Notes under the pieces: generated by a model
Databases searched by the model: none
What the model was told of the DNA's origin: nothing
Seen by the model: only the letters and a program-made list of their open reading frames with translations
Translations under genes and position numbers: made by a program
Assembly: GCA_031552195.1 (NCBI GenBank)
Contig: JAVBMT010000023.1
Coordinates: 104,364 to 168,363 of the forward strand
DNA length: 64,000 nt
Direction: 5' to 3'
From: Desulfovibrionaceae bacterium
Lineage (GTDB): Bacteria > Desulfobacterota > Desulfovibrionia > Desulfovibrionales > Desulfovibrionaceae
Shown here: positions 39,351-49,887 of the stretch, in pieces
Layout: the number at the start of each line of letters is the position of its first letter
Numbering within the stretch: the first letter of the stretch is position 1

Positions 39351-39561
39351 AATGTAAAGGATAGATAAGAATATTTTCCTGTTTTTACAAACCATTAGCT
39401 TTTACTATGAGTTGGCCGAAACCTATATTTATCGTCTATTTTAAACTTTTTTGATCATGCGCATATTATCTTCGGCTACACGTAAAGATTTGCTGTTTAC
39501 GTAAAGCGGATAATATTATATCTAAACGCGAATTTTACGTTTGACCATACAGGAGCAGGAA

Positions 39562-42261
39562 ATGCCCAAACTTCAAGTTGCTGAAAAACTTCACGCCATT
39601 TCTCACATAAACGGAATGCTTTCCCGCTTTGGCAAGGCGCTATGCTGCGCTCTGCTGTTCGCGCTTGCGGCCTGTTCCGGCGACTCAAGCACGGAATTTC
39701 AAAATGAGGGCCGCGCCCTCATGCAGCAGGGCAACGCGGGCGGGGCCGTTATCTTCTTTAAAAACGCCCTGGAAAAAAACCCGACGGACTTTGAAACCCG
39801 TCTTGACTTGGCCAAGGCTTACCTGCAACTCGGAAAAATCCAGCAGGCGGAGGATGAATTCCAGAAATGCCTTCGCCAGAAGCCGGACGACAAAGAGCTG
39901 AATATGGAATTGGCCAGGTTGGCCGCCCTCAAAAACGACTCCAAAAGCATCCTGGGCTATTTGCAAAAGGCCGAAGATGGCGTCAAGCCCACCGCTGAAG
40001 CAAGGGAACTGGCCGGCATGGCCTACGCCGTAGACAAAAACCTTGACGCCGCGGAGCAGGCCCTGAAAGAAGCCATAGCCATTGACCCCGCGCGGGAAAG
40101 CTCGCAAATCGCCCTCGCCAGAATATATCTGGCGAAACGTGACCCGGGCAACGCCCTCGCCATTCTTGACAAGCTTCTGGCCGCCAACCCCGGCAGCAAA
40201 AACGGAAACTATATGCGAGCCGATATGGCCGCCCGCATGAACGACAACGAAAAAGCGCTGGGCATCTACAGGCAGATGGTGCAGAACGACCCGCAGGATC
40301 AGCTTGCCCACTTCATGCTGGCCTTTACCTTGCTGAGCGAGAACAAGATTGAGGAAGGCGCAGCCGCCCGCGACGCCATGCGCGCGGCCACGGGAGAAAG
40401 CGCCAGGCTCTCCATGCTCAACGGCCTGATCTCTTATATCAAGCAAGACTATAAAGCCGCCGCAGACGCATTCCAGCAAAGCGTCAACAGCGAACCCTCC
40501 ATTGAAGGCTATTATCGCCTGGGGCTTGCGCTTTACCGCGCAGACAACCTTGAATCGGCGCTGAGCGCGCTGCAAAAAATTCTTGACATCGTCCCCAACT
40601 ATGTGCCCGCCCTTAAACTCAATTGCACGATATTGATGGACCAGGGCCGCCTGGACGACGCCCAGCAAAGAGCTGAGGCCCTTATAGCGATTGCCCCGGA
40701 ATATGCCACAGGGCATTTTCTGCTCGGCTCCATCCTTAATGCCAAAGGCGAAAAAGAGGCCGCGCTGAAATCTTTTGAAACGGCCCTCAAGCTCGACCCC
40801 GACATGTCGGACGCCGAACTGCGCCGCACTTCAATCCTTATGGCGGAAGGACGGCATGATGAAGCCAAGGAAAGCCTGGTCAAGATGGTTGAGGACGACG
40901 TTGACAACATCAACGCCCAGGTTGCCCTGTTCAACTTCTATATGGGCCGCCGCAACTACCAGGAAGCGGAACGCACCGTTAACGCCGGCCTGAGCAAACG
41001 CCCGGACAGCGTGGTGTTCCTTACCATGCGGGCGACTTTGCAGGCCATAAACAAAAACCAGACACAGGCTATTGAAACGCTGGAAAAAGTGCGCCAGCTT
41101 GACCCTGATTACAAACAGGCCATGATCCTTCAATTACGCCTGTACACCATGTCCGGGCAAAACGACAAAGCCTTGGCCCTGTGCCGCGACTACCTCAAAC
41201 GTCACCCGGATTCACCGGAAATACTCGTCACCTCGTCCGCCCTGCTGGATATGGCCAACTCCAAAGACGAGGCCACGGCCGCATTGAAAAAAGCCTATGA
41301 ACTCGGTTACACACCGGCTGTTGTCATGTTGGCGCAGCGCGAAATGGCCGCCAAAAATCCGGATGGGGCTGAAACCCTGTTAAAAACGGCCCTGGCTGAA
41401 AAACCCATGCCGATGCTGCGCGACGCGCTGGTTGAATTTTATCTGCACAGCAATAAACCGGATGCCGCGATAGACCTTTTCACCCAACTTGAAAAAAGCT
41501 CTCCGGAAGAGGCTACCATAGGCAAATTCCGCATTTTCAACTCCATCGGCCGCTACGAAGACTCTCTTGAACAGGCCAAACTTCTGATGCAGCATGAGTC
41601 GACCGCTGTGCTCGGAGCGGTTTGCATGGCCGATGCCCTTGAAAAGATGAAACGCCCCCAGGATGCGCTGAATACGCTTGACCAGGCCTACCAGAAGACA
41701 AAAGCCGCCCCGCTGCTTTTGGCCATGGGGCAGATCTGCTTGAGAATGTCCGATCCGGACAAGGCTGAAACCTACTTCCGCACGGCTTTGCAGTTGAATA
41801 AAGATAACCCGGACGCCCTGTCCAGCATGGGTTACCTGGCTATGCGCAAGAAAAAATACAACGAGGCGGTGGACTACTATGAACGTTCGCTGCGCTTGCA
41901 GCCCGAAAACCTGACCACGCTTAACAACCTGGCCATGGCCTATGCGGAAAGCGGCAACAGCCAGGAACGCGCGCTTGACCTTGCGAGCAAGGCTTTCGCC
42001 CTGCAGCCGCGCAATCCGCAAATATCCGATACCTTGGCCTATTGCCTGATAATCAACAACCGCCATGAAGACGCAATCAACTTCTTGCGCGAGACGATAA
42101 AGATGCATCCTTCCGAAGGCGTTTTGCACTACCGCCTGGGCACAGCCCTGTTGAAAAACGGCAAAAAGGACGAAGCACGCCAGGAACTGGGAGCAGCCAT
42201 AAAAATCGGCAACTTCCAGGAAGCCTCTGACGCGGCCAAACTGCTTGAGGACAACAAATAA
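39562..42261 (+). CDS. prsT: PEP-CTERM system TPR-repeat lipoprotein (PrsT family)
   Basis: It is about 900 aa and TPR-rich throughout. The lipobox is LFALAACSG. AGGAG lies 6 nt before the ATG at 39562. It sits at the head of an exosortase locus, as is typical for PrsT. Confidence 0.85.
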   Translation: MPKLQVAEKLHAISHINGMLSRFGKALCCALLFALAACSGDSSTEFQNEGRALMQQGNAGGAVIFFKNALEKNPTDFETRLDLAKAYLQLGKIQQAEDEFQKCLRQKPDDKELNMELARLAALKNDSKSILGYLQKAEDGVKPTAEARELAGMAYAVDKNLDAAEQALKEAIAIDPARESSQIALARIYLAKRDPGNALAILDKLLAANPGSKNGNYMRADMAARMNDNEKALGIYRQMVQNDPQDQLAHFMLAFTLLSENKIEEGAAARDAMRAATGESARLSMLNGLISYIKQDYKAAADAFQQSVNSEPSIEGYYRLGLALYRADNLESALSALQKILDIVPNYVPALKLNCTILMDQGRLDDAQQRAEALIAIAPEYATGHFLLGSILNAKGEKEAALKSFETALKLDPDMSDAELRRTSILMAEGRHDEAKESLVKMVEDDVDNINAQVALFNFYMGRRNYQEAERTVNAGLSKRPDSVVFLTMRATLQAINKNQTQAIETLEKVRQLDPDYKQAMILQLRLYTMSGQNDKALALCRDYLKRHPDSPEILVTSSALLDMANSKDEATAALKKAYELGYTPAVVMLAQREMAAKNPDGAETLLKTALAEKPMPMLRDALVEFYLHSNKPDAAIDLFTQLEKSSPEEATIGKFRIFNSIGRYEDSLEQAKLLMQHESTAVLGAVCMADALEKMKRPQDALNTLDQAYQKTKAAPLLLAMGQICLRMSDPDKAETYFRTALQLNKDNPDALSSMGYLAMRKKKYNEAVDYYERSLRLQPENLTTLNNLAMAYAESGNSQERALDLASKAFALQPRNPQISDTLAYCLIINNRHEDAINFLRETIKMHPSEGVLHYRLGTALLKNGKKDEARQELGAAIKIGNFQEASDAAKLLEDNK

Positions 42262-42263
42262 CC

Positions 42264-42313
42264 CGGATAGTTCCCTCGGGCCGCATGCGAATGCCGCCTG
42301 AGGGAACTATCCG
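42264..42313 (+). other. 14-bp perfect-stem hairpin between prsT and the sugar transferase gene
   Basis: The sequence is cggatagttccctc ... gagggaactatccg, with a 22-nt GC-rich loop. It starts 3 nt after the prsT stop. No U-tract follows. Confidence 0.4.
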
Positions 42314-42407
42314 CCGGGATCGCAAGAAATATGCCTCACCTGTAACTTGGGGAAGCTTTTCAGGGGTTTTGAGGTCAATCGATCAGTAATTAAGAGGGGG
42401 GCTGCTT

Positions 42408-43823
42408 ATGAGCAATGCCGCACAAAGCGAAAAAATTCCGCCGTTAAAAGAACGAACGAGCCTGTTGAAGTCCATCGCCAATGGGAAAAATATAAAATCC
42501 ATTATAAAAAGCGCATTACGCAATGCGCTCTGGTTGGGCATGGCCTTGCTCATGGCTATGGCGCCCGGATATTTTTCCGGCAACAATACGGACTTTTTCT
42601 CTTTCGAGCTTGGCATTATGCTGCTAATGCTGTTATCCAGCATAGTTTTCCTGGAACAGATAGAAGCCAGGGAAGGCGAATTACCGTCCCCTTTCCGGCA
42701 AAGCCTGGCCGCCGCCCTTATCACAACCGCCGTATTGTTCGTGCTTTCGTTGCTGCGGCAGAATTTCGCCATGAACGCCAACGTCATCCTGCCGGTCATG
42801 TCTCTGTTTATCTTCTTCCGCGCCGTACACGCCACGGATTTCTCAAACTTGCGCTATCCGCGCATTTTTAGCTCGGGGGTGCTCCTGCTTGGCAACGACG
42901 CGCCGCTGAAAACCGCCCAGAATCTGATCAAGATCAGCAACGGACGTTATTATTTGCGCGGCGTGGTCACTTATCCGGAAAATGTAGACACGCGGAAATC
43001 GAACAACCAGGAACAATTGCTTGAACAGGCCACGGAATCAGGCGTAAGCAAGATTATCGTCGCTTTCAGCGACAGGCGCGGATATATGCCGGTTAGAGCT
43101 ATCATGCAATGCCGCATACGCGGCATCACGGTTCTTGACGTTCCGAGCTTTTATGAGCAGATCACCAGAAAACTGTATATAGAAAACATAACGCCGGGCT
43201 GGTTCATTTCAGCGCCGGGCTTCCGTATTTCCAGAAGAAGGCGCGCGGTCAAGCGCTTTTTCGACCTGATGCTCTCCATGGCCGGTCTAGCCCTGTTCGC
43301 CGTTATCCTGCCGCCCTTGGCCGTAGCCATCAAAATAAGCTCGCCGGGACCGGTTTTTTTCAAGCAACTTCGCGTAGGCCTTGGCGGAGAAAATTTTTAT
43401 GTTTACAAGCTGCGCACAATGCGCGCAGATGCGGAAAAGAACACCGGAGCGGTCTGGGCGCAAAAAAACGACTCACGCGTTACCAGCGTCGGCCGCTTTT
43501 TGCGCAACACCCGCCTGGATGAACTGCCGCAGCTTTTTAATGTGCTGATAGGCGAAATGAGCATGGTCGGTCCACGCCCGGAACGCCCGGAATTCACGCA
43601 GGAACTTGAAAAAATCATTCCGTTTTACAGCGAGCGGCATTACATGAAGCCGGGCGTTACAGGCTGGGCTCAGGTCCGTTATCCCTATGGCTCAAGTGTG
43701 CAGGACTCTCTGGAAAAATTGCGCTACGACCTTTATTATATTAAGAACCAATCACTATGGCTGGATATGGAAATCGTGTTTAGAACAATCAGCGTTGTCA
43801 TCTTTGGAAGAGGAGCCCAATAA
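42408..43823 (+). CDS. Undecaprenyl-phosphate sugar phosphotransferase (bacterial sugar transferase, PEP-CTERM/EpsB-type initiating enzyme)
   Basis: There are N-terminal TM helices. The C-terminal catalytic domain contains [57 protein letters not shown] and GPRPERPEF. Confidence 0.9.
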   Translation: MSNAAQSEKIPPLKERTSLLKSIANGKNIKSIIKSALRNALWLGMALLMAMAPGYFSGNNTDFFSFELGIMLLMLLSSIVFLEQIEAREGELPSPFRQSLAAALITTAVLFVLSLLRQNFAMNANVILPVMSLFIFFRAVHATDFSNLRYPRIFSSGVLLLGNDAPLKTAQNLIKISNGRYYLRGVVTYPENVDTRKSNNQEQLLEQATESGVSKIIVAFSDRRGYMPVRAIMQCRIRGITVLDVPSFYEQITRKLYIENITPGWFISAPGFRISRRRRAVKRFFDLMLSMAGLALFAVILPPLAVAIKISSPGPVFFKQLRVGLGGENFYVYKLRTMRADAEKNTGAVWAQKNDSRVTSVGRFLRNTRLDELPQLFNVLIGEMSMVGPRPERPEFTQELEKIIPFYSERHYMKPGVTGWAQVRYPYGSSVQDSLEKLRYDLYYIKNQSLWLDMEIVFRTISVVIFGRGAQ

Positions 43824-43824
43824 C

Positions 43825-44631
43825 ATGAAAAAGATTCTTTTGACTCTGGCGTTGCTTATCCTTGCCCTTGCAGCCGGCACGGCTTATGCCGACGATTATG
43901 TTATAGGCAAAGGCGATGTGCTTTCAATACTGGTGTGGGGCGAAGATTCGCTCAGCGCTGACGTGCTGGTGCGCCCTGACGGCAAAATCAGCGTGCCCGG
44001 AGTGGGCGACGTGCAGGCGGATGGAACAACCCCCCAGCAGTTGCGCAAAATGATTGCTTCAAGATTGACCGCCCTGGTGAACGACCCCATGGTCACCGTG
44101 CTGGTGCGTTCCCCTCTCAACAACAGCATCACCGTGCACGGCGGCGGCATCAAATCGGGCCAGATTCCCCTGAGCAGCAAGACAACCCTGCTTCAGCTCC
44201 TTACCACGCTCGCGCCTGACCAATCCGCCGACCTGGACAACGCCTACCTCGCCCGCGATGATAAAGTGCTGGTTACAGGCCTGCGCGAGCTTTTTGAAAA
44301 AGGCGACATGACCAAGAACATCGAGCTGGCCCCGGGAGACCGCCTGTTCATTCCTTTGCGCGAAAACTGCTTCATATACGTTGACGGAGCCGTAAACCGC
44401 CCCGCCACCCTGCCCTATCGCGCGGGCATAACCTTGCTTGAGGCTGTTCACCTCGCCGGCGGCTTCAGCAAGTTTGCCGACCGCAACGACACGACGGTCG
44501 TCCGCAACGCCGCAACCGGCAAGGAAACTATCAACGTAAAAGCCGGTGACCTTATTGACGACGGCGACATATCGCAAAATATCGCTTTACAGCCCGGCGA
44601 CATTATTCTTGTGAAAAAGGGATGGTTCTAG
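43825..44631 (+). CDS. Polysaccharide export protein (Wza/Poly_export plus SLBB domains)
   Basis: I place the start at the ATG 2 nt after the upstream stop, which gives the signal peptide MKKILLTLALLILALAAGTAYA. It contains DYVIGKGDVLSILVWGE...VRPDGKISVPGVGDVQADGTTPQQL. Confidence 0.9.
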   Translation: MKKILLTLALLILALAAGTAYADDYVIGKGDVLSILVWGEDSLSADVLVRPDGKISVPGVGDVQADGTTPQQLRKMIASRLTALVNDPMVTVLVRSPLNNSITVHGGGIKSGQIPLSSKTTLLQLLTTLAPDQSADLDNAYLARDDKVLVTGLRELFEKGDMTKNIELAPGDRLFIPLRENCFIYVDGAVNRPATLPYRAGITLLEAVHLAGGFSKFADRNDTTVVRNAATGKETINVKAGDLIDDGDISQNIALQPGDIILVKKGWF

Positions 44632-46134
44632 ATGACGGAAAGAGAGCATAGGCAGCGCCAGCAGGAAGGAAAACTGGACACAAGGCGCTACCTGAGTCTT
44701 CTTCAGGATAATACCAACTTCCTGTGCGCTGTCGTTATTCTGGTGACCCTCACGACGCTTGTGATCGCCTATGCAATGCCCAAAAGATACGAGGCTTCTT
44801 CAACCGTTTTCATTGAACACAACGTCATCAGCGATCTGGTCAAAGGCATAGCCATAACTCCGTCCATCGACTCCAAGCTCCGTATTTTGAAAGTGTCTCT
44901 GCTGAGCCGCCCCATGCTTATGAAGGTGGCGGCCGAGCTGGATATGGATCTGAATGTCTCGAACATAACGGAGCAGGAGAAACTGATCGAATCCATGCGA
45001 GCCCGCACCCAGATCAGCCACGACGAGAAAAAAGGGCTTTTCTTCATAAGTTACACTGATTCCAGCCCATACCTGGCCAGAGATTTCGTCAACACCATAA
45101 CCAGGCTGTATATAGAAGAAAACACGGCGGCCAAGCGTAAAGAGTCATACGACGCCACTTCGTTTCTGAGCGACCAGATCCAGGTATTCCAGAAACGCAT
45201 CGAGTCAGCCCAGCAGGCCATTGACTCTTTCAAGGCGGAAAAAGGCATGTACCTTGGCTTGAATGAGCAAATCCTGCGCCAACAGATCAAAGACAACGAG
45301 AAAAAGCTGGAAGACTTGCGCATCCAGAAAACGGAATTGAAAGCCAAGCTTGACATGCTCACTCCCGGCTCGGTGCACCAAGAGGAATTGCGGAGCAAAG
45401 AGCTGGAGCTGCAACGCCTCCTCTCAATTTATACCGATCGCCACCCGGCCGCCATGCGGGCCAAGGAAGACATAAAAAACCTGAAGGAACTTATCGCCGA
45501 GGAAGAAAAAAACCCCGGCACGAACAGCCCGTCGCTGGAACACCAGAAAGCGACCCTGGAACTCGCTTCCGTTGAAGAATTCGAAAAAAATCTCAGGGAA
45601 GAACTGACCCAGAACATTAAAGACCTGCAGGAACTGCCGTCCATACGCACGGAATTGGCGGCCCTTGAACAGCGTAAAAACAACGAAACCATGATCTATG
45701 AGCAACTGGTCGCACGCCTCGGGCAGTCTGAAGTTTCCAAGCAGATGGAACTGCAAGACAAATCCGTCAGCTTCCGCATAATAGACGCGGCCGTACTGCC
45801 CACGCAGTATATCTGGCCGAAACGCCCCCTCATGATGCTGCTGGGCATATTCGGAGGCCTTGCCCTGGGCGTCGGCATACTCGTCCTGTACGACCTTTTG
45901 CGGGCCAAGATCCGCTCGCCCAAAGACGTGGAAAAATACCACGCCGAGGTCATTGTAAGGCTGCCAAGAATGATGCCGCAAGAGCGGCTGGACAAGATAA
46001 AACGCCAGCATATCTTCATGGGAATTACCGCAGGATTCCTTGTTGTTGTAAGTGTGCTGGCCGCTCTGGAAGCCAGCCAGATTTCCGTCATCGAGTCGGC
46101 AATTTATCGTATTTCAAGGCTTCTGAGCGCCTGA
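44632..46134 (+). CDS. Polysaccharide chain-length determinant (Wzz/PCP family, PEP-CTERM locus type)
   Basis: The Wzz N-terminal region has a TM helix (FLCAVVILVTLTTLVIAYAM). There is a long coiled-coil periplasmic part and a C-terminal TM helix (LMMLLGIFGGLALGVGILVLY). The ATG directly follows the upstream stop. Confidence 0.85.
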   Translation: MTEREHRQRQQEGKLDTRRYLSLLQDNTNFLCAVVILVTLTTLVIAYAMPKRYEASSTVFIEHNVISDLVKGIAITPSIDSKLRILKVSLLSRPMLMKVAAELDMDLNVSNITEQEKLIESMRARTQISHDEKKGLFFISYTDSSPYLARDFVNTITRLYIEENTAAKRKESYDATSFLSDQIQVFQKRIESAQQAIDSFKAEKGMYLGLNEQILRQQIKDNEKKLEDLRIQKTELKAKLDMLTPGSVHQEELRSKELELQRLLSIYTDRHPAAMRAKEDIKNLKELIAEEEKNPGTNSPSLEHQKATLELASVEEFEKNLREELTQNIKDLQELPSIRTELAALEQRKNNETMIYEQLVARLGQSEVSKQMELQDKSVSFRIIDAAVLPTQYIWPKRPLMMLLGIFGGLALGVGILVLYDLLRAKIRSPKDVEKYHAEVIVRLPRMMPQERLDKIKRQHIFMGITAGFLVVVSVLAALEASQISVIESAIYRISRLLSA

Positions 46135-46207
46135 ACGGAGCGTTGACCCGGCAAGAGCCGGAACAGGTTTTATATTGCATTCGGGTGATTTGAATGGAGG
46201 ATTCGCT

Positions 46208-47023
46208 GTGAGCACAATTGAACAAGCCCTGGAAAAAGCGCGCAAGGAAGCGGAAAACAACGCTCCCGCTTCAGTCAGGCCTGCTGAACGGCCTGAGGCC
46301 GCCAATCTAGAGCGGGAAGCGGGCGCGCCCCGCATACCCATCAGGCCTTCACCCACGCTGATCGCGGCAAATGCCGGAAACGCCCTCACCAGTGAAGATT
46401 TCCGCCTGTTGCGCGGGCGCATCCTTTCCATAAAACGCAACAATCCGGCCATGAGCGTCTTCATGATCACAAGCGCGATGCGTAACGAAGGCAAAACCAT
46501 GGTCTCGTGCAATCTGGCCATGAGCATGGCCCACGATATCGACCACACGGTGCTGCTGGTTGACGCCGACTTGCGTTCCCCCAGCTGCCACCGTACCCTG
46601 GGGCTGCCTCTGGGGCAGGGCCTGTCAGACTGCCTTTCCAAAGGCACGGACATAAGCGAGGTTCTGCTGCACCTGGACGCGGGCCGCCTCACCTTTCTTC
46701 CGGCCGGAAGGCCCATTCCCAACCTGACGGAAATGCTTTCCTCCAACATGATGCGTGACCTGCTAATGGAGATAAAACACCGCTATCCGGATCGCATCGT
46801 GCTGATAGACACCACTCCGGTGCTGCCTTTCGCGGAAACGCGCGCCTTGGGGCGCCTTGTTGACGGCGTTCTTCTGGTCGCCCGGGAAAACGTGACCCTT
46901 AAAGCCCACCTGGAATCCGCCTTGCGCTCTCTGGAAGGGTGCAACCTTCTGGGCATAGTTTACAACGACGCCGGAAATTACGGCCTTGAAAAAGATATTT
47001 TCACCCTTTCCTATACTTACTGA
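46208..47023 (+). CDS. BY-kinase-like P-loop ATPase (exopolysaccharide tyrosine autokinase, PEP-CTERM locus type)
   Basis: I prefer the GTG start at 46208, 7 nt after GGAGG; the track TTG at 46175 is an alternative. Walker A is SAMRNEGKT, Walker A' is LLVDADLRSP and Walker B is IVLIDTTP. The C-terminus is Tyr-rich (NYGLEKDIFTLSYTY). Confidence 0.8.
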   Translation: MSTIEQALEKARKEAENNAPASVRPAERPEAANLEREAGAPRIPIRPSPTLIAANAGNALTSEDFRLLRGRILSIKRNNPAMSVFMITSAMRNEGKTMVSCNLAMSMAHDIDHTVLLVDADLRSPSCHRTLGLPLGQGLSDCLSKGTDISEVLLHLDAGRLTFLPAGRPIPNLTEMLSSNMMRDLLMEIKHRYPDRIVLIDTTPVLPFAETRALGRLVDGVLLVARENVTLKAHLESALRSLEGCNLLGIVYNDAGNYGLEKDIFTLSYTY

Positions 47024-47058
47024 TTTATGCAAACCGAAAGGGGCAAATTTTAAAAGCG

Positions 47059-48207
47059 ATGTATCTAAACTACTTTTCTCTACACAGCAAACCCTTTGAG
47101 CTGCTGCCGGATCCGGGGTTTCTCTTTCCCAGCTCGGTGCATAAAAGGGCCCTGTCATACCTGGAATACGGCATACAGGAGCACTCCGGGTTCATACTCA
47201 TAACCGGCGAAGTCGGGGCCGGAAAAACCACCCTGATACGCAGCCTGTTGAGCAAACTCGCTGCTAACGTCACCGTGGCGAAAGTCTTCAACACACAGGT
47301 GGATTCCGCTCAGCTCATCCGGATGATCAACGACGACTTCGGCGTGGAAACGCAGGGCCGCGACAAGACGGACATGCTGCGTGACCTGAACACTTTTCTT
47401 ATTGAGCAATACGCTTCGAGGCACCGCTCCGTCCTTATAATAGATGAAGCGCAAAATCTCAGCATAGACCTTCTTGAAGAAGTGCGCCTGCTGTCAAACC
47501 TGGAAACCGACCACGCCAAGCTGTTGCAAATCGTGCTGGTCGGGCAGCCGGAACTGCGAGACCGCCTGAGTTCCCCGGCGCTCATCCAGCTGCGGCAGCG
47601 CATTCTGGTGCATTGCCACATCTCGCCCCTGACCGAGGAAGAGACCGCGGATTACATACTTTACAGGCTGGAACAGGCCGGCAACCGGGAAGCCCTGCAA
47701 TGGAACGAAGGAAGCCTGGAACTTGTATATCAGGCCAGCCACGGCATACCCCGGCTTATCAACATTTTATGCGACTATATTCTGCTGGACGCCTACGGGG
47801 CGGGAATAAATTCAGTTTCCAGGGAGAGCGTGCAAAACCTCTTGATCCAACTGGATTTTGAAGCGCAGTTCTGGCCGGAAAAGAAAATGCAGCGCGCGGC
47901 TCCCGAACAGTCCGCCGCGCCGAGAAGCGTCATGGAAAGCGAAGTGGACGCGGCGAGGCTGGACGTGCTCACGCTGGCGCTTTCCGACCTTATGCGGCGC
48001 CTTGAAGCCTGTGAAAGATCAGAACGCGGCGGCGGGCCGGAGTATTATAGCGGGATTAAAAGCCAACTGACGGAACTTAACCATTCCGTTCAGGCGGTGT
48101 CGGGCACGCAGCAAAAATTAACGTCAGACATTGCCGCCCTGGAAAAAATGCTGAAAGACCTGCTTCAACAAAAAACGGAACAATTAAGCAAGCGTAACGC
48201 CAGGTAA
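47059..48207 (+). CDS. ExeA-like AAA ATPase (PEP-CTERM locus putative secretion ATPase)
   Basis: Walker A is ITGEVGAGKTTLIRSL and Walker B is LIIDEAQNL. The C-terminal tail is coiled-coil. Confidence 0.85.
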   Translation: MYLNYFSLHSKPFELLPDPGFLFPSSVHKRALSYLEYGIQEHSGFILITGEVGAGKTTLIRSLLSKLAANVTVAKVFNTQVDSAQLIRMINDDFGVETQGRDKTDMLRDLNTFLIEQYASRHRSVLIIDEAQNLSIDLLEEVRLLSNLETDHAKLLQIVLVGQPELRDRLSSPALIQLRQRILVHCHISPLTEEETADYILYRLEQAGNREALQWNEGSLELVYQASHGIPRLINILCDYILLDAYGAGINSVSRESVQNLLIQLDFEAQFWPEKKMQRAAPEQSAAPRSVMESEVDAARLDVLTLALSDLMRRLEACERSERGGGPEYYSGIKSQLTELNHSVQAVSGTQQKLTSDIAALEKMLKDLLQQKTEQLSKRNAR

Positions 48208-48316
48208 AACGCGCCATGCTGAATGCTCCATACGCTGGCGGAGAGCGGGCGGCCTCCGGATATTCGCTGAACGAACGATTTTATGTTTATTGCCGATAAA
48301 CAATAAGGATAAAAGC

Positions 48317-49711
48317 ATGAAAATTTGCCGAACACACCATCAAAGCGGAAAGCCGCCGTGTCTTGTTCGCCTGCACGGCTCAAAAAAGCGTTTATTCGCT
48401 CACGCGGCCGCGTTCATGCTTGCCAGCCTCGCCTGTTTTCCGTCTTTGACGGCCCGGGCGGGCGAGGCGGAACTTAAAGCCGGTTTGGGCTTCAGCGCCG
48501 AATATAATGACAACGTCCAATCAAAACCGGACAATCAGCAGACAGACATCATAACCCACATCAAACCGTTCCTGTCGTGTTTTTATGAAGCCGGGCGAGT
48601 GGAAGCGAAAATTGATTACCGGGGCGACTACAGTTTTTATGTAAAAGGCAAAGATACGGATGAATACGCCCACTACCTGAACGCTTACGCTCAGGCCGCC
48701 GTGGTTGAAAACCTGTTCTTCATACGGGTGGAGGAAGACCTGCAGCCGGTTTACCGTGACGCGACGCGCGGCGAGGAACTGATAGACGACGACGCCAGCG
48801 ACGATACCGTAAACCGCAACCGTTTCACAATCTCGCCATTTTTCACGCTCTACCCGTCTGACCGCACCTTCCTTAAATTCGGGTACAGCTTTGAAGACAT
48901 GCGCTACAGCAACAGCATCAATGAAGGAGACTTCATACCGGATTTCGGCAACGACTTCGCCTTCGATGCCGAAACAAGCACCCAGCATACGCTTTTCGCT
49001 TCAATAAACCATTCCGTTACGGACAGGGTGGACTTATATTTCGGCGGCAGCGCCACTAAAAGAGACAGCGAAGACGAGCAGGGCTTCGACAACAGCTTTA
49101 ACCGTTACCAGGCGTACGCCGGCGGCAAATATGCGCTGGACGAACAAAGCTACATAGACGTGCAGGCCGGCCCTACCTATACGGATTACGTGAATGGCGA
49201 TTCAAGCCTGACGCCTTACGTCAAAGCCGCTTTTGTCTGGGGCGTCGGCCGTAGCGTTTTTGACTTCTCATATACGTTTGACTACACCGACAACCCGCAA
49301 TCAGGCAATAACGTCAAACATGCCGCATACATCGGCAAGTGGAACAAAGAATTCGACAGGGCCATGCTGAGCATGGGGATAGGTTACCACGAATACCGGG
49401 AGGATTCCGCCGAAAACCAACCCCCCAGCGCCACGTCCGACTCTGACAACCGGAACAGCCTGAGGCCTTTCGTCAATTTCAGATACAGCCTTACAGAACG
49501 CCTCAGCTTTGCCGCCGGCGGCAGTATGGATATGGAAGTTGGCGGAGAGAATAAAAACGGCGACCGTTACTATGCCAACACCGAACTGAAATATGACCTG
49601 TCCGAAAAAACCTGGGTAAGCGCCAATTATCGTTATCGCAAGGTAAACGGCAGTGACCAGGGTTCATATTCCGTGAACAGGATCGGCCTGGATTTTTCCA
49701 TGAGGTTCTAG
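48317..49711 (+). CDS. Outer-membrane beta-barrel protein (PEP-CTERM system-associated uncharacterised family)
   Basis: The signal region is AAAFMLASLACFPSLTARA. An alternating Tyr/Asp/Gly-rich pattern is typical of beta strands. The C-terminal residue is Phe (GLDFSMRF). I prefer the first ATG at 48317 over the TTG at 48290. Confidence 0.75.
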   Translation: MKICRTHHQSGKPPCLVRLHGSKKRLFAHAAAFMLASLACFPSLTARAGEAELKAGLGFSAEYNDNVQSKPDNQQTDIITHIKPFLSCFYEAGRVEAKIDYRGDYSFYVKGKDTDEYAHYLNAYAQAAVVENLFFIRVEEDLQPVYRDATRGEELIDDDASDDTVNRNRFTISPFFTLYPSDRTFLKFGYSFEDMRYSNSINEGDFIPDFGNDFAFDAETSTQHTLFASINHSVTDRVDLYFGGSATKRDSEDEQGFDNSFNRYQAYAGGKYALDEQSYIDVQAGPTYTDYVNGDSSLTPYVKAAFVWGVGRSVFDFSYTFDYTDNPQSGNNVKHAAYIGKWNKEFDRAMLSMGIGYHEYREDSAENQPPSATSDSDNRNSLRPFVNFRYSLTERLSFAAGGSMDMEVGGENKNGDRYYANTELKYDLSEKTWVSANYRYRKVNGSDQGSYSVNRIGLDFSMRF

Positions 49712-49759
49712 GCCGCATGAGCTGATTTGCTCTGGCTGGCGGACTAGCGCGCCTGCGGC

Positions 49760-49778
49760 GAAGGCGGCTTCCGCCTTC
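49760..49778 (+). terminator. Candidate terminator after the beta-barrel gene
   Basis: The sequence is gaaggcgg ctt ccgccttc followed by atatatt. It sits in a 176-nt gap that otherwise interrupts a tightly packed gene string. Confidence 0.4.
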
Positions 49779-49887
49779 ATATATTAAAAAAGAAAATGAT
49801 TTTTTATTCACTTGGCAAAGAAAGATTGCGTGAAAAGAGCCGCCTTTTGCCGAGGCTGCATAACCACAACACCGCCCGCCCGACAGG

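Noticed and set aside
49812-49830. Sigma54-like element TTGGCAAAGAAAGATTGCG upstream of the deacetylase gene
   Set aside because: The GG-to-GC spacing is 12 nt instead of the required 10 nt, so it does not fit the -24/-12 geometry.
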